From Minutocellus sp. GHC0000111 (Eukaryota), in assembly GCA_977018835.1 (NCBI GenBank), contig OZ361256.1, positions 6,014,001-6,078,000 on the forward strand: a DNA stretch of 64,000 nucleotides, written 5' to 3'. The position numbers were made by a program, and so were the translations under genes. The notes under the pieces are model-generated. The model worked only from the letters and a program-made list of their open reading frames with translations. It was not told where the DNA came from and searched no databases. The stretch's first letter is position 1, and every line of letters starts with the position of its first letter. Positions 47,488 to 60,134 of the stretch are shown piece by piece.

Positions 47488-48779
47488 CCAATCGGAACAA
47501 TCCGGGCAAATGGCGATTTCGACTCATTCTCGGATGACTAATTGGGGGGGAACGGTGAACACTGAGCAGGCACCAGACCCCGGTATCCAGACCCCGGTAT
47601 ATTCATTGGAACTACATGCTATACAATACACTCTTTACACAGTGCATCGATTGATGCACATTTTAAATCATGCTAGGAATCCTATGTAGAAAGGTACTAG
47701 CTAGCTAGCTATGTAGCACACATTCGCGATTCGCGAGGACTTCTGTGCCGCTGACCATCGACCTTCACGTAGGGCTTACCTACGCAAATGCAAATCGAGG
47801 CCGACGTCCCGCAATACCTTGCATTGCCACGATGCTTTATATCACACCCAAGCACAAATCGTAAGCAGTGGGGGCTAGATCTATCTAATGGTATTGCGAC
47901 CAATCTACCCCCACGTCAGCCGATTCTCCCTCGGCGCGGCCGAAAAGAGACAGATTTGGGCTCCATCCCCCCACCTTCCATGGCCCGGCGTCAGCAAAGA
48001 CCTTTCAATAGCCCACAAATTGCTCCGTGGTACCATAGGACGTCTATTGATGCCCTCCAGGCGTACTCATTGTTATTCTTGGTAGCTTGGTAGCAAGAAA
48101 ACCGTCCTTGGGGGCGTGAGGGCACATTCTGGGCATGCTTTTGATAGAGTTATGGGCACAACATCTGCTCACAATGAGCCATTTACGCTCGAACTATCGC
48201 AGCTTCACCTTTCCATGGATCACATCAAATGGTTCAATGGAAGTTATCTTGGTTTGAATGCTGTGATGATCAAGACAAGCCCCCAAAACCTGTATTGTGA
48301 GGCGACAGCGCCCTCCCTGAAGCAATTTTGGTACATGAAACATGGAATTTCTCGACCCACGGTACCAAATTGGTTCAAATGACCACATCACAATTCTCTC
48401 AGGATGTACATTAAGCGATTCGATGGCTGCAATGCCGGGCTGAACCTTTTATTTGGCAAGATAATGCTTGAACATAATTTATTTGAGCCGAGAATCGGGT
48501 TTTCGACACAAATTTCGCCATTGGACGTGCAATTTCTTGGCCCAACGGGCAAATTCAGTTCCAATGACAATATCGTGATTCGACCACATATCACAGACAG
48601 CGAATAAATGCGTAATACCTCGGGCTGGACCATATGTATTGAATCATAATTACTTCGAGAAGATGCTCGCCGATGTGCGCACCTTGACTGAGAATAAGAA
48701 GGAGATCGAAGATATTGACAAGAAGATGGTGGCGGCAAGCATTGCCCACGCGGCATATTGTTAGTCACTAGACGAAACA

Positions 48780-49704
48780 ATGGCGAAGCAGAAGACTGAA
48801 ATCGATGCCGAGCTTAAGCGCCATGGTGAACGTCTTGGCAAGCTTGAAAACGACATGTCGGAAGTACTGCGGCTGCTTGGCGCCCTGTGCAAAGACCGAG
48901 GAATCGACGCGGGCCCACCCCCTACCTACACCGAAGGCGAAGACGATGATGAGAACATGAAATCTCCAGCAAAGCAACGACAGAGGAAATCTCCTCCAGT
49001 TGAACATGCTGCGGTGGCAGCAGGGCGACAGCCGGATCGACTATGGGAGCGTGCGCAGCAATCGGTGCCATCACGGAAGCTAGTAGGCAGCTCGATGCAA
49101 CCTTCGCTATGGCAATGGATACGGGCGACGAGCTTGGCAACAACAAGAGGAAAAACGACGAACGAACTGTCTCCGGCAACGGAGCAACCACTGATGCCGA
49201 CGCTACCCCGCCGGGGCCAACGGCCAACCAACAATAAAAGTTGCTGCCGAGGGCTCCTCGGCGGCAAATAGTAGCGATGGAGTGAGTGCGATTGGAAGAC
49301 GTAAGGAGGTGGAAATTGCATGGAGGCCACCCCCAAAAGAAAAGAAGAAGCTAGTGAAACCCCGGGGAAGAGGTAGTCGCGGGGCTCGGAAAGGCAAACG
49401 TATCACAGAGTACTATGAAGTCCGAGCACGAACGATAGATGACCGCCCTCATGTGAATGAGGTGCGCCGGCCAATGCAAGAGCCAAGAAAACATGAAGGG
49501 CGAATAGAAGCATGCGGCCACCCCTGGGGAGAAGTGCCCGAAGGAACGGGACGTGCGTTCTTTATCAATCGGAATGGCTTCAATACGTCAGACGGTGGAT
49601 TGGAGATGGCCAGTGACCTCGCATTTCTTGATGATGGAAACGTCAAAATGGTTGGATTTGCGGAGCCCATGGCGGATTCTGGCGCCATTTTGAGAAGGAA
49701 ATAG
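48780..49704 (+). mobile_element. Possible non-LTR retrotransposon fragment (coiled-coil ORF end plus start of an APE-like ORF)
   Basis: Fragmented ORFs; HPWGE...RAFFINRNGF...VGFAEP resembles the N-terminal N.NG...E strands of an APE endonuclease. Confidence 0.35.
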
Positions 49705-50410
49705 ACGATTTCTTGACACTGCCAATGAATTCAGTTCTATCAACAGCACGGCGATCCACCATGAGACCAAGAAAGGCGAATGATTATGTTCTGTCCGTTG
49801 CAGGAAGCATTATCTCACAAGGATAATACCCAAATACCACCTTTTGCGGCAAATGTCGGAATTTGGTCCGATTTTTGAGGTGAAAATGCGAGTTCTCTCG
49901 ACACACCGAGAAAATTTAGTTCAAACGACCACACGCCAGTTAACCTTGATGTCATACAAATCGAATGAATATTCCCAAGTGGGGTCTGGGAGCAATATCT
50001 TGCGAGATAATACCAAAAAACCTGTTTTTGCGGCACTTGGCCGATTCTGGCCCAATTTTGAGATGAAATGTGAGTTCTCTCGACCCAGAGCAAAAGTTCA
50101 TGTTTGATGACCGGGCGGCAATTCGCCCATATACCAAACTAAAAGTTTGAAATGGTTGAACCTGGTCCTGGAAGGATCATCTCCCAACATATCACTGAAA
50201 AACCTCGTTTTGAGGCAATTGGCGGAAATCGGCGCATTTTGGGAAGGAAACATGCGTTCTCTTGAAGGGGTCTGTCAAATCAGTTCTATCGACCGCACAG
50301 AACTGTAGGTTGGGACCACAGGGAGCGAATGAATATGGTCAACGTGGGTCAGGACGCAGTGGGTCACGAGATATAGGTCACTGAAGGCGTTGGCGGGGGG
50401 CGATTTTGGT
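49656..50410. repeat. Degenerate tandem repeat, about 183-bp period, about 4 units
   Basis: TTTG(C/A)GG...GG(C)GA...ATTTTGAG...GTTCTCT(C/T)GA blocks recur at about 49656, 49842, 50026 and 50208. Confidence 0.65.
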
Positions 50411-50557
50411 CAAGATGTGGCGTGGTGGCGGTGCTGGCGGTGGTGGTGAGTGGTGGTGCCTGCATACCTCAAAAATGCTGGTCGCGCCAAGGCTCTTTAG
50501 CACTCCCATATGGAATTTACCCTGTGATCTGAATCAACTAGAATAGCATTGTCAACC

Positions 50558-51343
50558 ATGAGGGTGTTCGCCGCTCTCTTGCTGGCCCTTGCGGCCGTCG
50601 CCGTTGAGGCAATCTACCCATCGGACCACTGGAACTATTCGTGAGTGTCTCTGTGCGAAGTGATAGCTGTGCAGCTGCTGCTGATAGGGACCCCTATGCC
50701 TCTTTTTGTGTTTTCTTTCCCTTCCGCTAATCCCCTCTTCCCTCTCCCATACCTCAGCACCAAGCTCACCGAAGACAACTTCGAGAAGACCGTCCAGGCC
50801 GAGATCGATGCCGGGAAGACGTTCTTTGTGCGTTGGATCGCATCAGCAGGATGAGGCTGATGACGAAAGCAGGCTCCGGCCTGGAACGAAGTCGTTCAAC
50901 TGTTTGCAGAAAATCCCAGCGTTTCGTTCGGTGACATCAACTTGAGCGAAGAGCCAATTCGGGGAAACCACAACCCCGGAGCTGGCGGCTGGCCGACAAT
51001 TCGGTACTTCAACAAGGAGACCGGTATCGAGGGTGGGACGTACCAGAAGGTCACCGACGATGCCATGTGCACGGAATTGGGCGACATCGATAACATGGTG
51101 GCCTATGTCGAGGGATATGGTAAAACCTCGCTCTGCTCTGCCAAGGATGGTGCCGGATGTGATGAGAAGGAGCTGGGCTACATTGAAAAGATGAAGGGCA
51201 AGAGCGCGGAAGACATTTCGAGCCAGCTCACGAGACTTGCCACGATGGAGGGTGAGTCGATGAAGCCAGACCTTCTCCTTTGGGTCAAGAAGCGTAGAAA
51301 GATTTTGGCTCAGCTGGACTCCGCGCAGAAGGATGAGTTATAA
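50558..51343 (+). CDS. ER thioredoxin/PDI-like selenoprotein with U-G-U-U active site (algal PDI_e type); intron 50641-50757
   Basis: Signal peptide MRVFAALLLALAAVAVEA; KLTEDNF...FFVRWIASAG-TGA-GGC-TGA-TGA-RKQAPAWNE...FGDINL...GWPTIRYF; C-terminal KDEL. Confidence 0.9.
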
Positions 51344-51370
51344 TCGGATCGACGAAGAAAGGGCGCGTTG

Positions 51371-51558
51371 TATGGCGAATCGAATGACGAAAGAAGGCAT
51401 AAGAAAGTCGCACTAGTTTGTTCTCAGAAAGACGTTGCAGGCTACGTTTGAGAAGGCCACCTGCTAACCGAAGAATGTGTGTGAGCAAAACAATAGGCAG
51501 TTGTACCGGAAAAAATTCTGCAAACACTGGTAGTAACTCCCACGTTTTGCTCATATGC
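51371..51558 (+). promoter_or_regulatory. Structured 3' UTR with candidate SECIS
   Basis: ATGA (51384) - 13 nt - AA (51401) ... GA (51427) with a weak stem, plus a 15-bp stem 51477-51491/51544-51558 containing G-U pairs. Confidence 0.45.
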
Positions 51559-51664
51559 TTCGAGAAACTACTGCGACCTATTCTATTGGCCGACATAGTC
51601 GACGCAAATAAGTAAAATCGCTAAGTTTATACAACAAAATGAATCTATTGTAATTTACATCTGT

Positions 51665-54600
51665 TCATCCTTTCAACGGCATGGTTCCCTCAAATCCCTC
51701 CTCGTTATCATCATCGTCGCCCTCCTCTAATGTGCCAAGCTCTGGAATATGCTGCTCCCCCCTGATTGAGCTCATTTTGATACTACTCTTTGGTAGTTTT
51801 GTCGACAGAGCCATTTCTTTCTCTTCTTCAGCCGGTTTGTCGTTTGCTGCATGGTCGCTATTGCCGATGCTGCTATCGTCCTTAGACGAAGACGACTTGA
51901 GAGACCTATCTGACTCTACCGAAGCCATTGATTCGCGGCGGCGGTCACTGCCGCGTTCGTTTATCCAATAGGTCTTCATTTCGCCCTTCCCTTTGATGGG
52001 AATGCGACCTCGCTTCCGAACGCCAATCTCGGGATATTGTTTCTTGACCAGCCTTGCTGCCCGTTCACTGCAATGGATGCGATTCTTCTTGCTGTTGGAT
52101 TCCATCCGCGAGGCCGTGTTGACCGTATCACCAAACAAGCAGAAACGGGGATTACGTGAGCCAACAACGTTGGCAACAACCGGTCCACAGTGAAAGCCGA
52201 CGCGGATGTTGACGTGTCCCAGTGACGGATCTTCCAGGTCAATTAGTGTCATGTTGGCCTGCTGAACCGCCTCGACGGCGAATTCTGCAATTCTCTTGGC
52301 ATGATCTGGTTGATCTTTCACGAGATTCGTAACTGCCATGTACGCATCACCGATAGTCTCAACCTTAAAGACATCGTACTTCCGAGATAAGTCATCAAAC
52401 GCGTTGTAGAGACGATCCAACATATTGGAAACCTTGAGAGGAGACAGGGAAGATGAAATGTCGGTAAATGAGACAAAATCACTGAAGAAGATGGTAACAA
52501 TCTCTCGGTGCTCTGGTTCCACCTTGCGGCCATCGCGCAGGGCCTCTGCAATGTGCTGAGGGAACACATCAAACAGGAGATTATCGGTGCGCTCTAATTT
52601 TCGATCCTTCTTGGCTTGGTGGGAAAGATGCAATTCACCAGGCTCAATGGTTGCCACATCCAATCGTCTCAGTCGCTGATCAAGCTCTTCAAATGTTGGG
52701 CGGTTCTGTGGAATGCCAACAAGACAATCGGACATAAGACCTTGGACCTGAGGAGGACAACTCTCTGGCACAGGCGGTCGTTTATTGACGTTGGGATCAG
52801 TGACAAGCTTGATGACTTCGTTGTAGTCTTCGCCTTCGTACGGATCTTTGCGCGAATACACTTCGTACAATATTATGCCAAACGAAAAGACATCGGACGC
52901 GGACGTGTTCTCCGACTCTCCGCGGAGACATTCGGGGGCCATCCAGTAAGGGGTGCCCGTGGCCCCAACCTGCTTCTTCTGCGACAGACCAAAATCAGCA
53001 ACCTTGGCGCGAAATTTGCTGTCAACGAGCACATTCTGAGCCTTGAGGTCGCCATGGATGACTTGCGGAGTAGCCGCGTGTAAAAATCGAACGCCCTTGG
53101 CAATGTCCTGAAGAATTGGCAGGAGGAGTTCGCCTTCGATGGACATGGTTTCATTGTGAAGTAGGTCATATAATGACCCATAGTCCATAAACTCCATGAT
53201 GAGCATCGGCTCCTCCTTCTTTGCAATCACCGCGCCCATAACTGTTGTGATGCACGGATGCTGTACTATATGATTATGATAAGAGAGTAAAGATATTCCA
53301 GGAGGAAAAGCGCAACAGAGAAAGGTGAGGCACACAGATACAACGAAGGATGCCGAAAGAAAAGAACACCAGTAAATACGACGTAACACAGCACACTCAC
53401 ATTTTGATATGTTTCGCATCTCGGAAATGAAATCAGCCTTCAGTTTGCTGTATTGATCCTGCTTGAATGGGTTCTTGAGGCCGACCTTTCTATCCATGGT
53501 GGTGCTTGCCGTGCCATTGAGAGTGGTGCTTGCGGTGCCGGGCCCCATGGAAGCACTCCCGGCATGGCCGTTCGCTGGTTTACCGAGGTTGCGGCCAGAT
53601 CCCATTCCTCGGTCAGAACCATTCGCGCACAATTTTGCCATGTTACCCGAGCGAAGTCCCGATTCCAGATCAAAATTGTCGCCCTCGTCATCGTCGGAGT
53701 CACTGAGATCGCCCAGAGCAAAACTTCTCTGACTTCCAGTGTTCCAAGACGAGGAGGAACCTCTTCGCGAAGATGTCACCGATCTTCTCCTCTTGATAGC
53801 ACCCTCACCTGTCCGAAAGGCCTTGTCAACTTTGTCCCTGTGTTCGAGGGAGTCACTCCCAGTTGTACCAGTGCTGCTTCGGCGACCTCGTCCAAACAGT
53901 GAGGTCCGAACTGCCGCCTTGTGATTCTTGGACACCTTTGGAGGTATTACTCGCTTGACAGCAACCTGAGTGCCACGATATTCTGCAAGAAGGACAAGGC
54001 CAAAGGCACCACGGCCAACGATTTCGGGCGGATCATCGAAATTGAGCTCCGAGGGCTTGACATTCCACACCGCATCTGCCTGTTTCTTTTTGTGATCGAC
54101 ATAAAACCAGACACCAATAGCCGCCAAGAAAAATGTAGGAATCAGAATAGCTGGAAGTAAGAGACTAAGCGCGACACAACGACCTCCAATGTCGACTGAA
54201 TTGGTTTTGCAGATGCAATTGCCGGAGGCATCGGCCTCGCGGAGGCTATCACCACCGTAATCGTTAGAGCAGCTCCTGGATCCAACCTGCACACGCAATG
54301 GGCTCTCAGGAATTTGAGAGTCGCCAGCGAATATCTCAAGAATCATGACGCCAACCCTGGAAGACACAATGTCAAATTTGTACGTGTGTCGATAGGGCGA
54401 TTCTTCGCCAGCTTCACTTTGGGCAGCCGCCGCAATTTTGGGTCCTTCGACGTGGACGGCCTTGATTTCTCGCGTGACATCGCCTTCGCTAACGACGACG
54501 GTCAAGTAGCCGATGGCATCTCGCTTTCGGTTATCAACTGCCCGAAAGGTAATCGTTTGTCGTTGTTCGGTCGTTCCGCATATGTCCATCTTTGCGCATC

Positions 54601-56281
54601 CCGATCCAGCTCCCGAAGCCTCTTTGCCCGAAATCAGTGGGAACACATCGACATCAAAGGCACGCTGACAGGGCCTGCAGACGCACTGAAATTCTTCAGG
54701 GCAACCGATGTTGCCAACGTCATCTGAAAAGCAACCCTCCTCGACCTCTTCAACAGATTTTCGAAAGTGGCCCTCGGGACAAACGACTGCGTCATAGATT
54801 CGCGATGCCCGGACGCACGCCATTCCACCGGTCGTAGAATTCTTCTGGATGAATCCTGTCTCTTCTTGCATGTTTCGCAGCTCCATGTAGGACAGGGTAG
54901 ACCGCCATCCGGCGTACTTTCCATTCTGTCGTGCTCTGTATGCCAGCTTGGCGAGCGATGATGAGCTGTAGAATGGCGTTCCGAACAATGTATCCTCATC
55001 TACAACACCAGCCTGCGAACCGTCGCCAGCAACTTCCATGGTTTCCACCGCAAGCTCAGGATGGAGAGGGATAAGGTTGGCGTCGCACCTTTCTTGGCAC
55101 GCGGCGACGTCTGTATCACTGCAAGCGAGGTAGCAAGCCTCCAACTCGGCCCCAATATCGGCATGTCGCGACAGATCGAGCATTGCTCTTTGTACCTCTA
55201 TACTAACCTCATTGGGAACAAATGTCAGAGCCCCTAAGTTCCATTCTGGATATAGAGTCGTGCTGGAGTCAAATGGGAACAGCTCTCCATCGTCTCCTCG
55301 AAGGTCTTGAATGGGATCAACAACCTTGACCAAACTCAAATCGATGGGCTCTCCGTTAGCATCTTTCGATCGTTCCAACTGATCCGTACGCACAAATCCA
55401 ACATCAAAGTCGCCCTTGAGTACGCCATTAACGACCTTGCCCTGGTTGGAAGTGAATGCCAATCGGAGCGGATCATTAATGTAGGACATTCCCGCCCTCT
55501 GCAGAAGACGGAATTGCATCTGTCCACTGCCCAAGCCGGAGATGCTGGCTGCCGCCACGGTCTTGTTTCGAATGTCAGACATGGTTTGGACGGCATCGTT
55601 GTCGGATCGGGCAAACACGACGCCACCGAATTGAGTCAACCGGTACTGACCACCGCCAACCTTACGCAGACTGATTTGCGAGACCAGCGAGTTGGCCCCG
55701 TATTCCGACTCGATGCACGAATAGGCCGAGGGGTTGACATAGATAAAGTCTGCGGAAATGAAAAATGTGCATGTCGTGAGAGAACATCGCATTGCATACA
55801 GGCGAGTCCTTTACCCATCACATGTACAAAGGATGATATTTATGCCAAATTATGCAGAGAAAAACTCACCAACAATGCGATCCTCCACATCGGTAAATAG
55901 TAGGTTGAAGTTGAGCGGCTTGAGCTCGAATCGAACATCATTTCCGTTCTGCTGCGACAATCGTGCTCCGGCCGTCGCCGTCAGGTAGTCCGAAAAGGTT
56001 GCATTGAACTCCTGGTAGGCACTCTCAAATCCCCGAATGGCCAAGACGCCGACTCGGTAGACGATGGTCTCTTCCGTTTGTTGCTGCAAATGCCGCCGTT
56101 CCATGTCATCATCACAATGGAGAATGCTGCCCACGTCCACGGCGGCTCCAAGTGATGGGTTGGCAGATGCTTCTCGCTGGCTCGCCGCCGACACATGCAC
56201 GGCGGCGTCGACCAGAGCCACAAAGGCCAAGAGGAGAACAACAATTCGGAAGAGAGTCACCCTGCCAGCGGCGGTCGCCAT
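51665..56281 (-). CDS. Receptor guanylate cyclase: signal peptide - phosphate/phosphonate-binding (PhnD-like) domain - Cys-rich/Ig-like region - TM - protein kinase - cyclase; introns 55869-55750 and 53400-53266
   Basis: RVGVLA...DFIYVNP...FGGVVF...DVGFVRTD...LYPEW; TM LLLPAILIPTFFLAAIGVWFYV; GRGAFG, VAVK, HGDLKAQN, DFG, WMAPE; FSDFVSFT, KVETIGDAYM, PRFCLFGDTVNTASRMES. Confidence 0.9.
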
Positions 56282-56318
56282 CTTTCTTTTGTACCTATGA
56301 ATTGAATTCGATTTTAAT

Positions 56319-56354
56319 CACCCTTTGGGTCACCCTTTGGGTCACCCTTTGGGT
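56319..56354. repeat. 12-bp tandem repeat x3 in the 5' region of the receptor cyclase
   Basis: (CACCCTTTGGGT)3. Confidence 0.85.
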
Positions 56355-56758
56355 TGCTTTTGCAGCTTCACTTTGCGGCTTCACTCTGATGACGCTCAGT
56401 TTATTTATTTGTGTATGAACGAGCAATGCCAAGGAACGAGACAAACCCAACTTTAGCTTTTTGCACGCGAAATCGGCCAATCAGGATCAAATACAGACAG
56501 TGGCGTTAGCTGGCCGGGGAGAGGGTAGCTAGTAGCAAGAGATTATGCTGGGTCCGCCCCCTCAAGCTAAGCACTTTGTACGAACGAACAACTGCTTTGT
56601 CCGAGTTGCAAAATAAATATTGCAGATGATGCTGGTTTTGTTCTTTGAGTGCCTCCGCAGTGTCTTCGCTTTCGTCATATGGAAGATACACAGAAAAGCA
56701 CACAAAACCTCGGGCTGTTTTCACAGTTATCCAAGCCAACTCAAAAAGCACGAGAGAG

Positions 56759-58254
56759 ATGGCAGCCGAGGTCCTCACCGCGGCGTTCGCCGCCGCCCAC
56801 CGGGCGCTGTCGTCGTCGGACGAGCCCCACCCGCCTCCGCCGCCGCCTCCGCCCGGACCGGAAGGCGACTCTTCGGCCTGGCCCACCGCCGGCGCCGACG
56901 AATCGTCCTTCGAGTACTGGATGGACGGCCTCCTCGGCCTGGCCTTCCTCATCACAACGCTCATCAGCGCCCAACGGTAAGCACTGTTGCGAGGTCTTTT
57001 TGAGTGATAAATATTTTGGACACAATTTCGATGTGTGACGTCGGCATTTTCCGACCTCGCACCTGCAAAAAATGGATCCGCAGAGAAGGAGCAAGAGGAT
57101 GGAACCGCCGGAAGCAGCCAGCCAGGTCTTGGTTCTTGCCCTCCTTGGTGGGACCGGACTTGGGCGGGAACTTTTTAGGAGCGAGCAAACCCTTCAGTGG
57201 TCAACTGGCACATCTTGCACTGTTTTTTTCCACGCCTTTCATTTCCGACACATCTTGTGCCATATTTGTATCTTTTGCCTCATTTTTGGCTAACGCTTGT
57301 TTTGGTACCGCATCTTCCTCTCTCTTCCCTGTCGGATGGAATATCGCACATATCATGACTGGTCTCTGTTAAAAAAGAATGGCATGGAGTCGGCAACAGG
57401 ATGGGGCCGATACCACCGTCGTGACAGCCTTTTACAGCCTTATCCTAATGACCTCGGTGCTCCGGGCGGTGTGGTTTTTGGTACCCAACTCGGTGTTTCA
57501 GCCCTCGTACACGCCCGTGGCATACATGGCCTTTGACCCCGAACATCCCAGCTGGGTCGGTGCCTTTATTTCGGAACTACTGTTGACGGCCGGTTCCCTT
57601 TGTTTGTTCAGCGTCTTTATCCTCATTTTGGTATACTGGGCCGACATATTGAAAAAGTACTTTTATCCCGGTGCTCGTCGGACCAAGCCGATGGTGACGT
57701 TCCTAACGTTGGTGGGCTGTCTGGTCCTGGTGGAAATATTGAATCCCGCCTTTTTCCTGGCCCAGATCTATTCGTCGGAGGGAATGATCCTGGTCAATGC
57801 CCTCCTCCTCGCGACCGTGTCCATCGTGTGCGTTTGTGAGATCACCATCTTCAGCCATCGGTTCCGGACCGTCCTCAAAACGCTCGGCGCGATCAACCAG
57901 GTATCGACCGAAAGTCAGGTGAAGCGCATTGTATGGATCACCGTCACCGGCAACCTGTTCTTCTTCACCCGGGCCTTTTTGGAGGCCATCTTTGCCATCC
58001 TGCTCATCATCTACTGGCACCGGACCGGTACCGTGGCGGAGGTGTTTTCTCACGAGCTTTGGGACACATACATCCTTCTCAAGCATTGGTCGGAGGTCGC
58101 CATCCTTTGTCTGATGCTGTACATTCTGCAGAGCCGCTTCACGGCCAATGCCAGCTGTGTGGCGGCCGGTGCTGGTGGACGGGCGGGATACGACCAGGTA
58201 CCGGACAATGAGGCTGGCGCCGAGGCCAAGGAGACTGGTGCGCTGAATGTGTAG
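56759..58254 (+). CDS. TOM1/THH1 (DUF1084)-like multi-pass membrane protein; intron about 56977-57377
   Basis: About 7 hydrophobic segments; LRAVWFL, LFSVFILILVYWA, KRIVWIT....FFTRA, SEV...LMLYIL. Confidence 0.7.
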
Positions 58255-58470
58255 ACCGGGCAGCATGCCAATGCTACACGGCACGGCAATGTCTATGCCA
58301 TGGCACGCTGCCTTTGGTAAAACAAATGAATTTAATATGAAATGATTGTTGCATTTTTTTTTGAAGACACGAACTAGACCTAGATTAGAAGATTTACTGT
58401 ATTATAATCGAGAATAAGGTCCAATAAAGAGTGCGGGTTATCACGCACGGATACAAAAGGGTCGAGCCAA

Positions 58471-60134
58471 CTACGAAAAATACTTCCACTGGATAAACAA
58501 AAAGAGAAGGTAGGATGCAATCGCCACCAAGACAATCAACGCTGGCAACCACACGACCTTTTCCACTTTTTGCTGCCAAGCCAAGGTGGCGAACGGAGCA
58601 TCATCGCCGCTTGCAACACGGATCAATGCCGGGGGTGGGACCACTCCATAGCTAAGCTTGTGCAGCAACATCATGGTAAAGACTTGCAGCATGTACGTCT
58701 TGTTGGCATTCTGCGCACCTCGCACCCTCCGCCCGCCGATGCCCCCAAAGGTCATGTCGACAATGGCCAGCACGTCCTCGTGACGCAGTCCCTGATACTC
58801 CTCGGCAACGAGCCGACTTCGCTCACCGGATGTTTTGGACCAGGCATCGACCTCCCTGACCCCGGCACCAGAACTGGAAATCACATTGCCCGTGCCACAA
58901 ACGGCCTCAACGGCATCAACGAGCACAGATACGGACTCCAGGGCCGTGTTGCATCCCTGTCCAAGGGCGGGCCACATACCGTGGCCGGAATCACCGACGA
59001 GGATGACACCGGATTCCGGCGATCCAAGAGCCGGCTGGGACCATACGCAGGTCCCACCGGTCGTTGGGACGTTGTCCTCGGCGGCAAACTGATAGGCCAT
59101 CGAAGCCAGGGCCTCCGGCGACCAGTTGGGGAACACCTTTTTCATTGCTGGATGGGAGAAATTGGAACGAATATAAATGTGTTGAATATAAAGCCTACAC
59201 TTTTTTGAGCATAGCACAAAAAGATGCAACAAATAACACAACACATTATGATGTGTCACAAATCACATGGAATGCAGAATTTCACTCCCTCACCTGGTCC
59301 ATATTCTTCCGTGTGATCCTTGAAGTAATCCAATCGACCTTTGGGACAGATGACGCACGCCAAACACGCCTCCATATTACCGACGGGAAAAACTATGGCG
59401 TTGGTGTTGTTGTCGCGATCGGCGTACGTGTGGACGCTGGCCTCCGGCGCGGCCGTGTAGTCCACGCAGTCGGGATGGAGGACGCGGCGCCAGTGCGGAA
59501 AGAGCGCCACCTGGTACTCAATGTCGTCGTCCTCCTTCCGGACGGCCCCGAGAAGGCCGGCGTTCTTCAGCAGGGTTCGGGTGGGAGAGATGATGCCATC
59601 GGCACCGACAAGGAGATCGTAGGATCGCTTGGTGGATTTGCCGCTCGAAACGTTTTCGGTCGTGGCGATGCGTTTGTCGAAATTGATATCAACCAGCTTC
59701 TCGCCGCAGATGACTTCGGCGCCGACCTCCTCGGCAATCCGCAACAGAGACGCCGTCAACTTTTGCCGTCGCACAATGAAGGACGGATCCTCCTTCCGAA
59801 TGACCGTGGGGAACGAATCCGGCTGGGTGCCATGTCGCACGTACGTGCAAACCTCGACGCCACCGGTCTCGGCCTTCATATCCACAAAGGGGTCGACGCC
59901 GCATCGCTTGAGAGCCCGGACGCCGCGAGGATTGATGCTGATCACATAGGCGTGGGACTTTTCGGTCGATCCGAACGGATGCGGATAGGCCTCAATCAGT
60001 GTTGTGTCATAGCCGCGTTCCACCAGAGCCTTGGCGGCCAGGGCACCGGCTGGTCCTCCGCCGACGATGAGGCATTTGCCGATGGGCTTGTCGAGGCCGT
60101 CGTTCGTGTCGGCCTTGGTTGATTTCCTGGGCAT
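58471..60134 (-). CDS. FAD-dependent monooxygenase (kynurenine 3-monooxygenase-like); intron 59293-59148
   Basis: IVGGGPAG, DLLVGADGI.S..R, LVGDSGHGMWPALGQGCNTALE; C-terminal TM segment. Confidence 0.88.

Noticed and set aside
47244..47700. LTR starting TGTAAGG inserted into the PDE domain
   Set aside because: No second LTR, PBS or TSD was found; the sequence reads as the gene's own C-terminal tail in another frame.
56319..56354. CRISPR-like array
   Set aside because: Contiguous 12-bp units with no spacers, eukaryotic context, and no cas genes.
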